In this document: piece after piece, positions 24,001 through 27,914 of the stretch | Numbering within the stretch: position 1 is the stretch's first letter | Layout of the letters: each line of letters starts with the position of its first letter | NCBI GenBank assembly: GCA_018435605.1 | Contig: JAHDNF010000002.1 | Coordinates: 324,538-388,537, forward strand | Direction of reading: 5' to 3' | Source: a bacterium | Lineage (GTDB): Bacteria > Auribacterota > Auribacteria > Auribacterales > Auribacteraceae | Length of the DNA: 64,000 bases | Notes under the pieces: generated by a model | What the model was told of the DNA's origin: nothing | Seen by the model: the letters and a program-made list of their open reading frames with translations, nothing else | Databases searched by the model: none | Program-made: the position numbers and the translations under genes

Positions 24001-25391
24001 AGTTCTTTGGCTATGCCTTCGCTGTGAAAGCCTCCGGTGATCATAATGGCTTTGTTGTTTCCTTCCAACTCCATTTCTGCGAGCATATTGTCAAGCAGAA
24101 GGGTATCGCGTTTTTTCGACAGGGTATAAAACTCTTCGAGCAAAGGCAAGCTGTTGTCGATCAAGGATGTATTGGAATCGATAAAATACATGAATTGGAA
24201 TTGGTTGGCATAATGCTCAATGAAATCTATGATACTGGATGTTTGAAACTGTTTTTTGTTATCTATATAATATTTGAGGTCGTCGGATGAAAGTTTGAGT
24301 TCGAAGAAATTTTCAAGTATTGTCACAGTACGGTAATATGCGTCGAGTTCCTGTTGGCCTTCCGAAACATATAATTTATTTTTTATTTCATTCAATATTT
24401 CTTCGGACTCTCGAAACAGCTCCTGCATATCGATTTTCTCATATTGATCAAGATACATCACGTAGTTCTGCAAAGCCGGATAAGTATCAAGGGACACTCC
24501 GCACTCCTGTGCTTTGCGTGTGAGGATATGATGGTAATCGATGGGCTTCATATACTCCAGCTTATAAGCCAAATTATGCTTTAGAAGTTCACTGCTTTCT
24601 TCGCCGGACAGCTTTTCGACCAAAACATCCACAAGCGTTCTTCTTTGATGGCTTATAGCATCCAGATCGAGTTTCTTTTCCAGATTATGAGCTTCAAGCA
24701 TAGAGTTATAATTTTCGTAAAGCCATAAATCGATCTCGTATTTTTCGATGAATTTGTTCAAATAGGAGCTGAACTGATAAAAATTGATACTTTTATCGCG
24801 ATAATTCTCGGCTATCCGGTCGATATCCGCAAGGTCGCCGGTAAACAACTGCTCTTTGATGCGGGTGAGCACATCTTTAAGGCTGGTGCAATATTTCTTT
24901 GCGTTATGGCGTACTTCCAGCGACCGCATGAGAGCCTGATAATTCTTCAGGTAAAGATTCTTATCCTCAATTCCGACAAGACGCGAATTGCCATCGAACT
25001 CGTTCAGAATAAAAAACTCAGCGCCTGAAATAACGCCTTCTTTCATAAAATATGTAGTAACATCATACAAGGCTTCCTTATCCGGAAACGAGGTTATGTC
25101 CGGAGCGGTAATAAGACCTTGCGCGCCTTCCAGTCCTATCAGGGAAAACCCCTGAAGTGAAAGTTCTTTGATGATGTTGTATGTGTTTGCTTGAGCATCA
25201 TAATTGCAGTGAGCGTCTTTGATATGCACTACGACTCGCTCGTCCACGCCGGTGAATTTTTCAAGCACCCTACCTGAAAATCTGGATATTTTCAGGTCGT
25301 CCGCCGATACGATCGAGGTTGACAGCAACGATTCCAGCGCTATCAACGCGATGATACGCATGACAAATCTGTTCTTTAGTTTAAAAAACAT
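1..25391 (-). CDS. Giant secreted multidomain repeat protein (N-terminal >=8,460 aa; C-terminus lies beyond window start)
   Basis: ATG at 25389-25391 (minus) preceded by AAAGGAG 8 nt upstream. N-terminus is MFFKLKNRFVMRIIALIALESLLSTSIVSA|DD (n-region K/R, hydrophobic core, VSA cleavage-like site). I translated about 2 kb continuously from the start without a stop. Spot translations at ~20,100, ~18,570, ~16,000, ~9,300-9,600, ~2,400-2,560 and ~660-780 are open in one frame. The track lists no minus-strand ORF >100 aa anywhere in 1-25,400, although any frame containing a stop would have been listed. That is consistent with one unterminated frame running off the window. The many + strand ORFs in this span are antisense shadows. 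Confidence 0.75.
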   Translation of the reverse strand, partial: MFFKLKNRFVMRIIALIALESLLSTSIVSADDLKISRFSGRVLEKFTGVDERVVVHIKDAHCNYDAQANTYNIIKELSLQGFSLIGLEGAQGLITAPDITSFPDKEALYDVTTYFMKEGVISGAEFFILNEFDGNSRLVGIEDKNLYLKNYQALMRSLEVRHNAKKYCTSLKDVLTRIKEQLFTGDLADIDRIAENYRDKSINFYQFSSYLNKFIEKYEIDLWLYENYNSMLEAHNLEKKLDLDAISHQRRTLVDVLVEKLSGEESSELLKHNLAYKLEYMKPIDYHHILTRKAQECGVSLDTYPALQNYVMYLDQYEKIDMQELFRESEEILNEIKNKLYVSEGQQELDAYYRTVTILENFFELKLSSDDLKYYIDNKKQFQTSSIIDFIEHYANQFQFMYFIDSNTSLIDNSLPLLEEFYTLSKKRDTLLLDNMLAEMELEGNNKAIMITGGFHSEGIAKELKAQGISYYVVAPVIHSSDDKSAYISMMMNQKSPFAKRLENILEKTSTLAVASRLGNPPLIDQKGAESFKVEMKSLLVAYAVGKFAKMDGQIVSSEEAIKSFTDIVNNFFLKGWAKGSFDELTRINITQSPDGGLDVSLVIGDTPFVFFEIAKEEMDDLNPLLTATINGKPIDIVDGEAYQAKMFALRARTDNVIASLMPLFGNFDSIDEATVAGIIKRLQQPRAQLLASEQQILDRLAGLNISVNDLASLNPGSLVNRMITFGLVTMSDNQRFEIAPPARLIARLHEQTSQSRYEWQVAQDRSILPAAVRNFIDRNGITTITIENGVPQQFWFSFFLNPPADLTKPVIVDMQAYSLDLFNVLGKGTTLAVSLLEATPELLEKQIQVAEQLRQLREQAQKEQILDAASGYTEFNEPSAPSVSRTQDIIDMRDGNRVEENDFFFIHKHDGTRVTVFSKQLDRELIGLVDIATVRFESPQVLVAVHSDGSVSRIHQNGTIEFNGIIMVAGQDAVPAYTPAQPRQSQPTVSSAEQIQTALNVLASYKGKELAGSEIDALKGHLNALLSQDYRTASDFIAIRSELAYWAVASRNTELANLATSLMDLLNKSLTSGSLSMPDVSGKIEFIGNIDANRQSIVRNMLEKTSVLSDALFVLHGLRNIEPESVSGFTVEQLFAPTGRMAYKVTAVVAGKEYSFVIKGVENPQTSIGQQARMRLATGVTAVSPVAQFVNAYSMDSALTGGFQMYAEKYVLDKGYHALTQEVVPQVGIIQRSPFIKDAEETEDQYLSRVQAMTTALVNAVFSFAESNNFQYMIGSLNLIDVFLEVSGRDSFRALIEDIGGAVRTGRAFDILLSFISIQTALSNMIQGDKTSFDLAGNEVTLDAFLQLLISNASRNGIDFVRQALTDLTVFLDQNSAKPDSDLGVLIGETGISMGQLRDFKSKLEKAFDDVNIADIGVNAASHAAVNAAIRDAYRNNAVERKPDVTVDGQQISVYVIKGVDVLYGDQKAHAGIRNNAIYIAEGAYSEQLVMHEAVELRLWQQQALVIAGLSSGMDWNSLSGGIFGGQRGSIANQLRAWIKDNPDLARQMEQEFHEQALLVGQVTATSELVNDNRVQSVQQAAEGRQAFTLSPAIASILDQLNLMKQTGLDDQGIRQVLDLLGQLRNQQYANAEEFRAIRREMVWWSVYAKDDSPVRSQAELYMADLQNVLRKSLSDPSDAQARANWVIKASNEYYDQYGPFYDMGQNHGPEKIREISRFLQQSDVVKEMLFVIHGLTDINPADITSIEIGYLGTGNFKYVHSITINIKGHNSPYRFALNESKKSYAMFEREARDIMLVSNLDGTGGVVPVFGNLYPPGTPGVSTPADDLYASDRYYTESLVPGSKVASRHTFEKEGEIFMREGESATQYRSRLENMISAVSQAIYKQAANSGFSNIYNDTNPDNIFLHRNQDGSYEATIVDFGQSRTLTRKTDILLFLDTFFRRLATHQVASSEQMNTIFNETYSVDVLLSGIAKADPQGALQFIESVRSELKNVLEQGNTNPDAILIGTELTSGQWSRRQVQTALERIDIYLAGQSGSAAASVQLLTKSAVESSTAYAKRMGETVVRAAMTLIDQLERNRFDLASVQADYADIIKSVVNDDSFRAYVDTLSLPQTLGQPFEALLVLQALLVDGIRNRIAHDQESLDSFDSTVSFDKLISAILGVASPQTVAFIQDAFRSLETYLNFLSGRPDSATAISIGSLQWTVADLVSVYETLKAYLNDINIADIGTDAATHAAVNAVIREAIFDERLERKDDILVHGQTIEVYVVKGLASLYGSQKAHAGLRRNAIYIAEYAYDANMARHEALEMMLWQKKAMELAGLPSTARWTDVPVSGLGLTRARVVESLREYMRANQQEAIQLEQEYHHIANMEAPVDKRLELFIDKISAVPLAQERLEQLLGLAKIQIISLVSTLDLLKDKPLTGISIENTQSLMDALAEARFNDADDFRAIRKELLWWAVNSENDVLRERARVHLESLTKRLDAFVAGTVDKSAQMNWKITSGAEYTDQYGPFYDMGENHGPAKVREMKKFLQDTNVIFEMLFVLHGLTGINAADITGIDIRYVGSGHFKNVHKITVTIDSHEKPYSFVLKEPKMPHTRFDEEVAKIILSSPVTGSEGVVPAVGALYDQGRGGYHYYTEQLLEGTQLLQLEYGKASGGLLFMREGESEQAYKERIRAVVQSVVKTLFEQAQNVGFQWYMSDSKPENFFITQKEDGTYSATIADMGVTSRLETPLEMIMFMHQMFEKNIPSYMDEKARAVYSDAYSFDILLAGILKADPVAGLDFIQIAQQQINKIVSEESAKQRQDGLVLLHGSPNPNMQMTDVQVLGREGQTKQGKKGRNYGGFYTLGQENLDKAQRYANMAEGTPTIYEVVINPQVKIYEAERNGEVERLSEQRINELLAQGYGIVRGKNILGTTVEWAIIDKSVITQIRKKTAEPVFLESGVTLRQLSDLQGVLNEYTSGLHLQQEGELPVIDVFSSEERVQFAFDLAKLINSINTTEEVTQDMRDQLERFARLIESRGFANAAGHLREYALNVEQIKTLSSSENLDDRLEGALLLKNFRTRINADLFFHTGFVFNGIGIVDFYNDAVEEHVVDIEGRKETVLIFRGDRVKDPFAPIAPAQYILRGEVYPIPGYPNGAHIIYMETGESLERSIDSIKKTLEKNRATNEIVAVIEKHIADVSDKDLAALMEQLHKKHELGHFLDDQYDSPVNQNVNSAEAYAVYAPLMAIVARLESETTLTEAERETLYKNIDTLFGIDVIQHMWVKNQLFKYYTPNNPKIRYQLPMILLILELVSPETVDAVVDKIRQMEKDHVTSDFSVLTQEVYRIIEDRSDKTGLRLPYLWITEEFKQKYIDFITERFPDKVQRGKEITRALSSLTAKLSKDENYAPFADMEKWEKLNDTQTQKDVKIFKGFIFARGTVDSGLIFSNDSNTTLRQRTAIRDTLLSVGERLESLQKVSEQQYRALKFSLADRPTNFQKSSMEAGSVLLDFSLFKEANPDLLDLEVEQAVVRSTLKQLSATDTMMPLSPAAIELFSLTQYVRSFIDIVSHSASIEEGRTRQQAVVDLMEKTLGDQYTAIAKILRHVIDNNIQYETAVQPLLIEMITNQGQFSGLSNYSVEVQNELASMTPMDVQYNLEHMKNLMDFNLLRNMVGQSRTSKYASNVRAHKEQTISRILDGKDVRLAYLKVQNFKGVFNTFGSELGIGHLLGDVGIMVISKVLKEALEQRLSPYGIEVEIGNAGAEYFVTFSNVGTVDITSVLNDMIVNPSSDFRKEVVRETKQALREMMSPQAYSAIESALNTGFLPANIHMYGSLTEIVRGVTSESALTETELIESAAQKTDMLYSQAFQLAKHQQLKFSQQYESVRARLRMAVSNATEVQLADMFKPVVQDAAKVMESAILPYSNKAMQEINENSQLGMKNEYQIFHLPIAPGYEHHRSINALSEQYLYAIEKGYLYGHTQELRGRLLETMLRYQSPNITTEDIWEGNEHFKRVINYILKTQPENDVNLTFRVGGDEYSKVTWNAVTKKLNIYRFDGNNVGATNFEWGMAIGDKLIDESLRIISETEDIAKLQDNIASFFNDMGSRALKLSDEDLVMLQRKAPNFHIISQIDYQMIRGTDAYSQLVADKSAVAVEKEDGFYLVKFPDIHVPYILQKDNLHFDSSKLPLSPDAEGAMQITLRAEDDVVDFTMVRDEVTGGVILTSVNPRAPPSTVISLEQIQNGAEIFIPIQGRKPLSITINMEQEYGPKFILYGDIMLINEQAYEVRRDNLIEKDGKPALMVTSRPVVSTGYIEIDVSKIAPQYLNRDIASIQGRADSAADIAKESVKTFQILYDGQVNTALAVRHAADLFIGTAEELVSFKETVFSSWDTMIAQFLLENPSEKFKYRLNYLLNPDIPLNPTDISMLREYSLNFHSRMDDETKLAVINRLMDAWVPDVSYQTRQLISRALTDIVEHPEFAALVSTRPSQLTRIIGNPVVARGSAGIGLFFNAESNINSQESYRIREMLLKIGEQLELRNKTTESVYNSVQFELVKNPTIAQRVQSATNSLVLDINLFEDSVFNQELLMMEIESGLIRMQLDKLSMQPEVADIDHGLREMFILERYVQSFIDIANIHADSSVGAAKQKDVIASLEKLGGIYEGLPALLRSVLDNEISSASSIRDTLIDRIVSPKLQENTTYPELVRKHLSYYGYSTALDIIPQETQRLANLLQYTQIGDFVSRSRTSKYALNVRAHKETTIDRILDGRDVQMAYLKIQNFKDVFNTLGAQLGVGHTLGDAGIFVVSKVLKKELEKQLASYGVTVDIGNAGAEYFLTFSNVGVTDIESVLRNILEDPQSEFKRMVVQETKDALKSIIGAEQYAGIEQDIDSKFMAERVNMYGGLTAVLPGKTGFTGVSTADWTRRAAELTDELYSQSFALAKHQQMQFSDLYATVRDQAKMQRDVVSENELVNLFKTVVQDSAKVLKSGLTVYSLKTYQDIQENLKLGLSNEYQIFQLPIAPRFHSYTSIDQLVKNYRDAVDQGANELTLRELNDRVLETMLRYDSPNLVSDVIYEGNENFKRVINYILRESPAFDIDRTFRVGGDEYSKVVWSAATQKMSIYRFDGNNVGATNFEWGMRIGDKLIDESLRIISEIKDVSKLQSAVTDFFNNMGDRALTLTEEEMQTLQRKAPNFRLMNESEYRALVKAGTFVSDTANNSVVVVERGLNFDLVKYPDIHVPYVIQKDQVKVDSSTLPLDSEDASAMPVTLRAGDEAVDFVIIRDDATGGVILTSKNPRAPPATGITGEQIRQGATITIPVEGKTPITISLTLEHEYATRFFIHGDIMTVNEQEFDRLRDRLTEKDGKQAVMVTSRPVVSTGYIDLDLSGVDDQFRNKDISVIQGRADTAADHAKEAVKHYQILNDGQVNAQLAYLHAGSPFVASAQGMVSFQDIEFSSWDSMIADYILESYQDKMARRAALLLAQDDLLNTTDIYMLGEILTSYPHLLSAEQKSKGVYLLALAYNKTVNPDIREIVRNVVSTIFTDSDFKEAINARMNMVIPILGRPIVGRGRISGNIVFSAEYGYDFDRRDDIRSRLQRISQELEQVHKVTEQEYKNAFFEFVDGVQMRHKVTAQPNTVVVDINLFTEGMLNDDVLRIEVEQGMLRQRLRGISINPKITPINPAVQELFILENQVQSFIDIWAKNPDPQAGKNRQAAALNVITQLGDGYTNLATILNYVIQNDIRDAGYIRSSLIDLIANRGEFEGKSTYPVELQQEMQALPRAAVNSDMIRSDQLWRFSFVSNVVNGSRTSKYAQNVRAHKEDTIKKISEGRDVQLAYLKVQNFKGVFNTFGSELGVGHMLGDVGIEVISNVLRQSLNEMLSPYGITVDIGNAGAEYFVTFTNVGNVDVSGFLRSAIESPDSSFKERVVDESKNALHDLLGNERYGAIASAMNEGFLPANIHMYGGITDVLRGEKGIVDEARIHRAAESTDQLYNQAFILAKHQQMQFSSLYETTRALALSGKDKLTDRDLVDMFKQVVQDAGKVMRSGIMTYSEKAESQILENLNIGLKNEYQIFHLPIAPRYTSYTSIESLTDNYLDAIEKAQKPWLLAELNDRIVETFVRYESPNIQAEYIFEGNENFKRLVNYILQTQPDEDVLRTFRVGGDEYAKAEWNSKTKKLTIYRFDGNNVGATNFEWGMAIGDKLIDESLRIISETENIAGLQAAVERFFNDMGDRALRLSDADVAMLRSKAPGFRMMSQSEYDRLREQDGFVQETAGNSAVAVERADGVYLVKYPDIHVPYELQQDSVKIDRSKLPSSPDAEGALDISFVAGEDVIDFVISRDEVTGDVILTSVNPRAPPRTAISVKAIRDRETIVIPVEGAQPLEISLGLEPEYAARFFIHGPIMKVNSEQYEQFRDRLTEKDGKPAVMVTSRPVVSTGMIELDFSTIEPQFRARDISVIQGRADSAADVAKSSVKLHQILNNGEVNKKLAVATAAEPFVASQKVIESFKPIELSFWDTMVAKHIMDSPKNKISRRFDYLMSPEIELNRTDVFLLGQLSSRYASALTEQQKERVVRRLVQITQTNRDAEIRSIARSSLEQMLTNTSFDNAIVFFSKSLEDVFGKGAMEDVYLRQEQRRVENIVAQRTGSDLTSAGIALKSYPENSRLEMVRLFAIEQITDPSGKRDILTYHNEHHANEMLDFIDAVMKGIALNDAERSNTVARMAAYLQAVGFAKSQGTNILDGAVSAADGAVLAVYRKHIDRYWSELLSLREVGSLRYAISRTEHLTGSELAAQIRHDNSIYQMLKGDIPITGENAQILTQFLREYFPALRIENLTAQYKEAVMDAIVTARVVAVADIFGQSRIHPYQMGLLHDELLHDSQVSAGTRLEQIAQTPRNYSDLLNERLSALLNDSVIPLNRYIPDSLKQAQQDNLNIMRQIGIWIENIRENRNPEVVRESMQNLKNFVDSGSTYTLDGETVITLFDKAVVQQMYSEIIQFAGGRHADIVSAVFGDKSSSAIQPEKQVSSDQLDAFQLKDGLELGALPDQQADIVQDIMAYLVPLGYPQKQIQAVIETVQHFMPDISRSQLLADLETIRVSKQNNGKNIPLAGLAFAVFGVSKSEDRVMDQAVIRHEIDMLLNSMDGIETFTEAEVKELVRLRSDKAKQFYPDHAGFIDRFKEGFSKFDSYEQSAKRVGDFIESMLYNTPGENVTPVYLTRDGDIFYLYQRALRGDVDGYLLPAGRTFLEEHVPQIRTVVTMIYHEIQRTMAREQGVNESDMEADYAVEGKEMARRFMEMYKTIATAQSPETALAQLQAQKSFLRSETIVNPITSQPEKVTPLELISNIRENILAAQELIAPIIYEYSGVNEGVSSIRFVDIGHKGLANLLFMGMMAVDHPDIDVYSYLYNTSRFAAGEEWAFKQDRIDDATEIEVMGKLEEYIRTENGRVLYRAGRVLYEEGDRTTNLADYSGASQLDAYLSQLLAIRDAKERANSAVVRVEPAVKTPDELIKSIAVDNRLMTQAELQAVFSVSADRIPPAQQEYISNINKLLRGIPLDIAQRYTLKNEQDQPYNAFLLMIDNMLSGNLLDATDYNLDQIRSAVGSDVFDAVINRYKQHVRDSMYNAVVLDFDGTLVGEGQMLSAEMKERISRLVESGVPVVILTGRTQNQIDPDIRGIEHPNLYVFVENGAYGYASTDKEKMIETSALNLRLAHNMKEKIAGDLLGEFGIQQEELSAARYSLFLNRNIDDFKTLLDQKPELKNYLSANNVAVRRHSGNKVELSLTNKGAVLTTVADLLKLDVQRLLKIGDSADADGNDFELLRRFGGFSVGAQQHQFVVSVQDSDGNILTGQQGTMYLLDTLNIVGDPARVNDRISDNVVSQLPDGLDQEIKQIAKLITSDTTDALNLFGDLINLFFNAHGVEAREAVMDAILAQTNMTFDRFSQLFRRKVGVPPHIAAMGFKPIYELLANRYRQSLLSENERQSLSDIASGLARIFIDERTLDPDIGANHIDAIVNFLSAIKDGAAQYAALEQLTAATSKKISIELGEDIALSLADFNRLFKSVTTYSLPEVVQSVPFMFRGPVVTEVMSLSAQIDTKSFAGLSEAVNNIIAQSLMPEGIFDHDSLIQSTSVLRDVLQMYPQQADLVLHYMALISNDTFGINIRTLAESFSKRSDTISLYDIFTGELFDRYLNSENDMAVYGRFADKAIFFELDEPVVPISVRLSQIQTQAEDVDLDFDLGFGMDEPLPAGRDIDVKSKPDMDLDFDLGIDEADTDLKRKYVVNVNEIIRQNIEAGKAVRLELKDLQRSIAEDIVNPLFEGSPQQMAKNLQMLFDELPDAAQQRLTRELSEPVAKERIRNALILGLDVLRSSAYIDKLTDFSLTMLLDWDGVFHSGEALAHAGRTRSTFYMNLSTLMYVAEMEPFEQAKAKRVLQAVFEHEYRDWERGYHEEDIGTADNVYYQNAPITFKDVE
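590..735 (-). repeat. Duplicated acidic motif D-[VM]-DLDFDLG-[FI] in giant protein
   Basis: Two near-identical ~40-nt blocks (cccagatcgaaatccaagtcca) about 100 nt apart. Minus-strand translation gives ...EDVDLDFDLGFGMDEPLPAGRD... and ...DMDLDFDLGIDE... Confidence 0.6.
2400..2560 (-). other. HAD-superfamily (IIB/Cof-like) phosphatase motif region embedded in giant protein
   Basis: Verified minus-strand translation: SMYNAVVLDFDGTLVGEGQMLSAEMKERISRLVESGVPVVILTGRTQNQIDPDI. This carries motif I DxDGT(L) and motif II (I)LTGR, typical of HAD-IIB hydrolases. Confidence 0.55.
5950..15650 (-). repeat. Three tandem ~3.19-kb coding repeat units (A family) inside the giant gene, ~1,060 aa each
   Basis: Matching nucleotide blocks recur at ~6,110 / 9,290 / 12,480 (encoding DGKPA[VL]MVTSRPVVSTG in all three copies). 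Further matches at 7,200 / 10,386 / 13,590, at 7,415 / 10,600 / 13,805, at 8,010 / 11,200 / 14,400 and at ~5,960 / 9,100 / 12,300. Antisense ORFs in the track repeat accordingly (6082..6528 ~ 9454..9696 ~ 12688..12918; 7200..7400 ~ 10386..10586 ~ 13560..13976). Copies are diverged, roughly 65-75% nt identity by eye. Confidence 0.8.
16900..22100 (-). repeat. Second coding repeat family (B family, ~2.45-kb period): two clear units plus a diverged partial third
   Basis: 17,640-17,900 matches 20,090-20,340. 18,420-18,730 matches 20,860-21,180. 16,960-17,120 matches 19,400-19,560. Offsets are ~2,430-2,450 nt. Conserved peptide EMLFV[IL]HGLT[DG]IN is verified at ~17,720 and ~20,160; a weaker DALFVLHGLRNIEP lies at ~22,030. 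Confidence 0.65.
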
Positions 25392-25893
25392 GGCGTACAG
25401 CTCCTTTGTATATATTTGTATATTCTTTATTTCTATAATTTCCGAAAAACATAATATCCTTTCTGCCAGCAATATAGCATGTGCCGGAGCTTATCATTTT
25501 CATTCAAACGCAAAAAACTTCATATTAAAATAAAACTATTTTAATATAACAAAGTCTTTAAGAATCAACCGAAAAACCTTATGCAAAACGAAAGTATCAG
25601 GCGATAGGACACACAATTACTCCAACCAATCTAAGCTCGTATCTCTGTAAGATTGGTTCGCCTATACATTCTCACCGGCATTTCTCGATTTTTCAGAAAG
25701 CCTTATAAAAATATTTCAAAATCAACTATTAGATTCAATTTGCATAAAAAAGCTATAAATTTTTATCTATTCCATATAATATATTGTATCATTTTTTTTT
25801 GAAGAATACAATGTAAGCGGTACGTTTGCATACATAATTATAACAATTCAACCATAATATAATTACTAAAATCACTTAAAAAAGAATACAGCC

Positions 25894-26838
25894 ATGCACA
25901 AGTTGAAAAAGAAATTTAAACATCTCCGCCGGACTATTCAGTACGGTTGTTTGTATTATCTGTTGCGAATCTTACAGAAATTAGCGAATTACATGCCTGA
26001 ATCGTTAGTTTTTTTCGCCTGCGAACTTCTTGCCTTGACCTGCTTTTATCTGTTTGCCCGCGAACGCCGCAAGACAATCAATAATCTGAACAAAGCGTTT
26101 TCCAGTGAGAAAAAACCTGAAGAGATTTTTGCGATTGCACGGGGAACGTTCGTCAATCTAGGGCGCAACTTTGCGGAACTTCTTCGCTGGGATTCGTTAA
26201 CGGATGACGAATTAAAAAAGCGGATTACCTGTTCAAATATAGAATATGCTTGGGATATATTGAAACAAAATAAAGGTGCGGTTGTCCTAACCTGCCACTC
26301 CGGTAATTTCGAGTTGATTCCTCCTTACTTCGCCGCAAGGGGACATTGCGGGGCAATAATTGCACGGGCGTTTCATGACAGCCGAATCAACGATTTACTG
26401 GTCGAGTTACGTAAATCAAAAGGGTGTAAAGTAATAGACCGTGACGATTCGCCTCGGAGCATTTTTGCAAGCCTGCGGGAAAACCGACTGCTTGGTATTC
26501 TCGCCGATCAGGACATAAGAAAACTTGACGGTGTTTTTGTAGATTTTTTCGGACACAGCGCATATACGCCGATAGCTCCTGTAATTATCGCTCAGACTGC
26601 GGGTTGCCCGTTACTGCCTATGATAATAACACGCGATCCTTTATGTAAATACCGTCATCATATAAAGGTATATCCGCCTATCGAACTGGTCGGTTCGAAG
26701 AAAGACCGCAACGCGCTTGTCATCAATACACAAAAATGGTCTAAACTGGTTGAGGATCATATCCGCGCCTATCCCGACCAGTGGGTGTGGATGCATAACC
26801 GGTGGAAAACAACGCCTGAAAAACTAAAAAGGGATTAA
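25894..26838 (+). CDS. Lysophospholipid/lipid A biosynthesis acyltransferase family protein (LpxL/HtrB-like)
   Basis: 314 aa with an N-terminal membrane anchor. The HSGNFE...ILADQD arrangement and ~310 aa length are typical of Kdo2-lipid IVA acyltransferases. Transcribed divergently from the giant gene. Confidence 0.55.
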   Translation: MHKLKKKFKHLRRTIQYGCLYYLLRILQKLANYMPESLVFFACELLALTCFYLFARERRKTINNLNKAFSSEKKPEEIFAIARGTFVNLGRNFAELLRWDSLTDDELKKRITCSNIEYAWDILKQNKGAVVLTCHSGNFELIPPYFAARGHCGAIIARAFHDSRINDLLVELRKSKGCKVIDRDDSPRSIFASLRENRLLGILADQDIRKLDGVFVDFFGHSAYTPIAPVIIAQTAGCPLLPMIITRDPLCKYRHHIKVYPPIELVGSKKDRNALVINTQKWSKLVEDHIRAYPDQWVWMHNRWKTTPEKLKRD

Positions 26839-26840
26839 TT

Positions 26841-27389
26841 ATGAAACAGATAGTAGCGCTGACAGCATTGGGGCTTGACAGGCCTGGAATCGTCGCCGCG
26901 GTAACCAAGGTACTGTACGAATCGGGGTGCAACCTTGAAGAATCAAGTATGACTTTACTGCACAACGATTTTGCAATGATTGTACTCATAAGTATGCCCG
27001 ACACGACGACGCTGGAAAAACTAAAAAATGCAATACAGCCGGTAGCGCATGAAATGGGTTTGAGCGTCAATTTCAGAACATTGTCCGAGCGTGAGATTTC
27101 AGATCATAATCAAGAATCTTTGCCAAACTACTCGCTTTCTATATACGGCACAGACAAACCGGGAATTGTATACCGCATCACATCTTTGCTGGCAAAACAC
27201 AAAATCAATATCATCGATCTTGAAACTCAGTGTACCCGCTCGCGACAGCCGCTATACTCCATGGTTCTCGACATAACCGTTCCGGAATCGCTCGGTGAAG
27301 AATTTTTAAGCAGGATGCTTGCAGAGTTATGCAACGAGATAAAAGTCGATTTTTCTCTGGAACCGATCACATTCTGTGAAGAGATGTAA
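26841..27389 (+). CDS. Tandem ACT-domain protein (GcvR-like regulatory protein)
   Basis: 182 aa with two ACT-like halves (LGLDRPGIVAAVTKVL... and GTDKPGIVYRITSLLA...). Starts 3 nt after the upstream gene stop. Confidence 0.55.
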   Translation: MKQIVALTALGLDRPGIVAAVTKVLYESGCNLEESSMTLLHNDFAMIVLISMPDTTTLEKLKNAIQPVAHEMGLSVNFRTLSEREISDHNQESLPNYSLSIYGTDKPGIVYRITSLLAKHKINIIDLETQCTRSRQPLYSMVLDITVPESLGEEFLSRMLAELCNEIKVDFSLEPITFCEEM

Positions 27390-27391
27390 AT

Positions 27392-27910
27392 ATGGCTATA
27401 CAAACTATTTTAACATATCCGGACAGGCGTTTGAAACAAATCTCTTTGCCAGTGGAAACAATGACCGAACAGATACGCTCATTGATAACCGACCTGACCG
27501 ATACGTTTACCGCCGCGCCGGGGTGTGTGGGAATAGCCGCTCCGCAGATTGGCGTTTTACAACGGGTAATTATAGTTGACGTTACCCGTTCGGCATCAAA
27601 AAAAGCGAAGAAGGACAGTTCCATTCACGGTAACCTTATTTGTATCAATCCGCAGATAGTCGAAAGCCAAGGGTCCATAATGTTCCGCGAGGGATGCCTG
27701 AGCGTTCCGGATTTCACCGGAAATGTCGTACGGTCTCAATCCGTGACGGTTAGTTTCCGAGACGAAAAGTTTGAGGAGCGTACAATATCGGCAGACGGTT
27801 TCGAGGCAATCGTCTTACAGCACGAAATCGATCATCTCAACGGCGTTTTGTTTCTCGATAACGTAAGGTCATTCAAACGAGATGTGTTTCGCAGAGTAAA
27901 ATACCAGTAA
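27392..27910 (+). CDS. def: Peptide deformylase
   Basis: Motifs GVGIAAPQIG, EGCLSVP and QHEIDHLNG. 172 aa. Confidence 0.9.
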   Translation: MAIQTILTYPDRRLKQISLPVETMTEQIRSLITDLTDTFTAAPGCVGIAAPQIGVLQRVIIVDVTRSASKKAKKDSSIHGNLICINPQIVESQGSIMFREGCLSVPDFTGNVVRSQSVTVSFRDEKFEERTISADGFEAIVLQHEIDHLNGVLFLDNVRSFKRDVFRRVKYQ

Positions 27911-27914
27911 GGTA

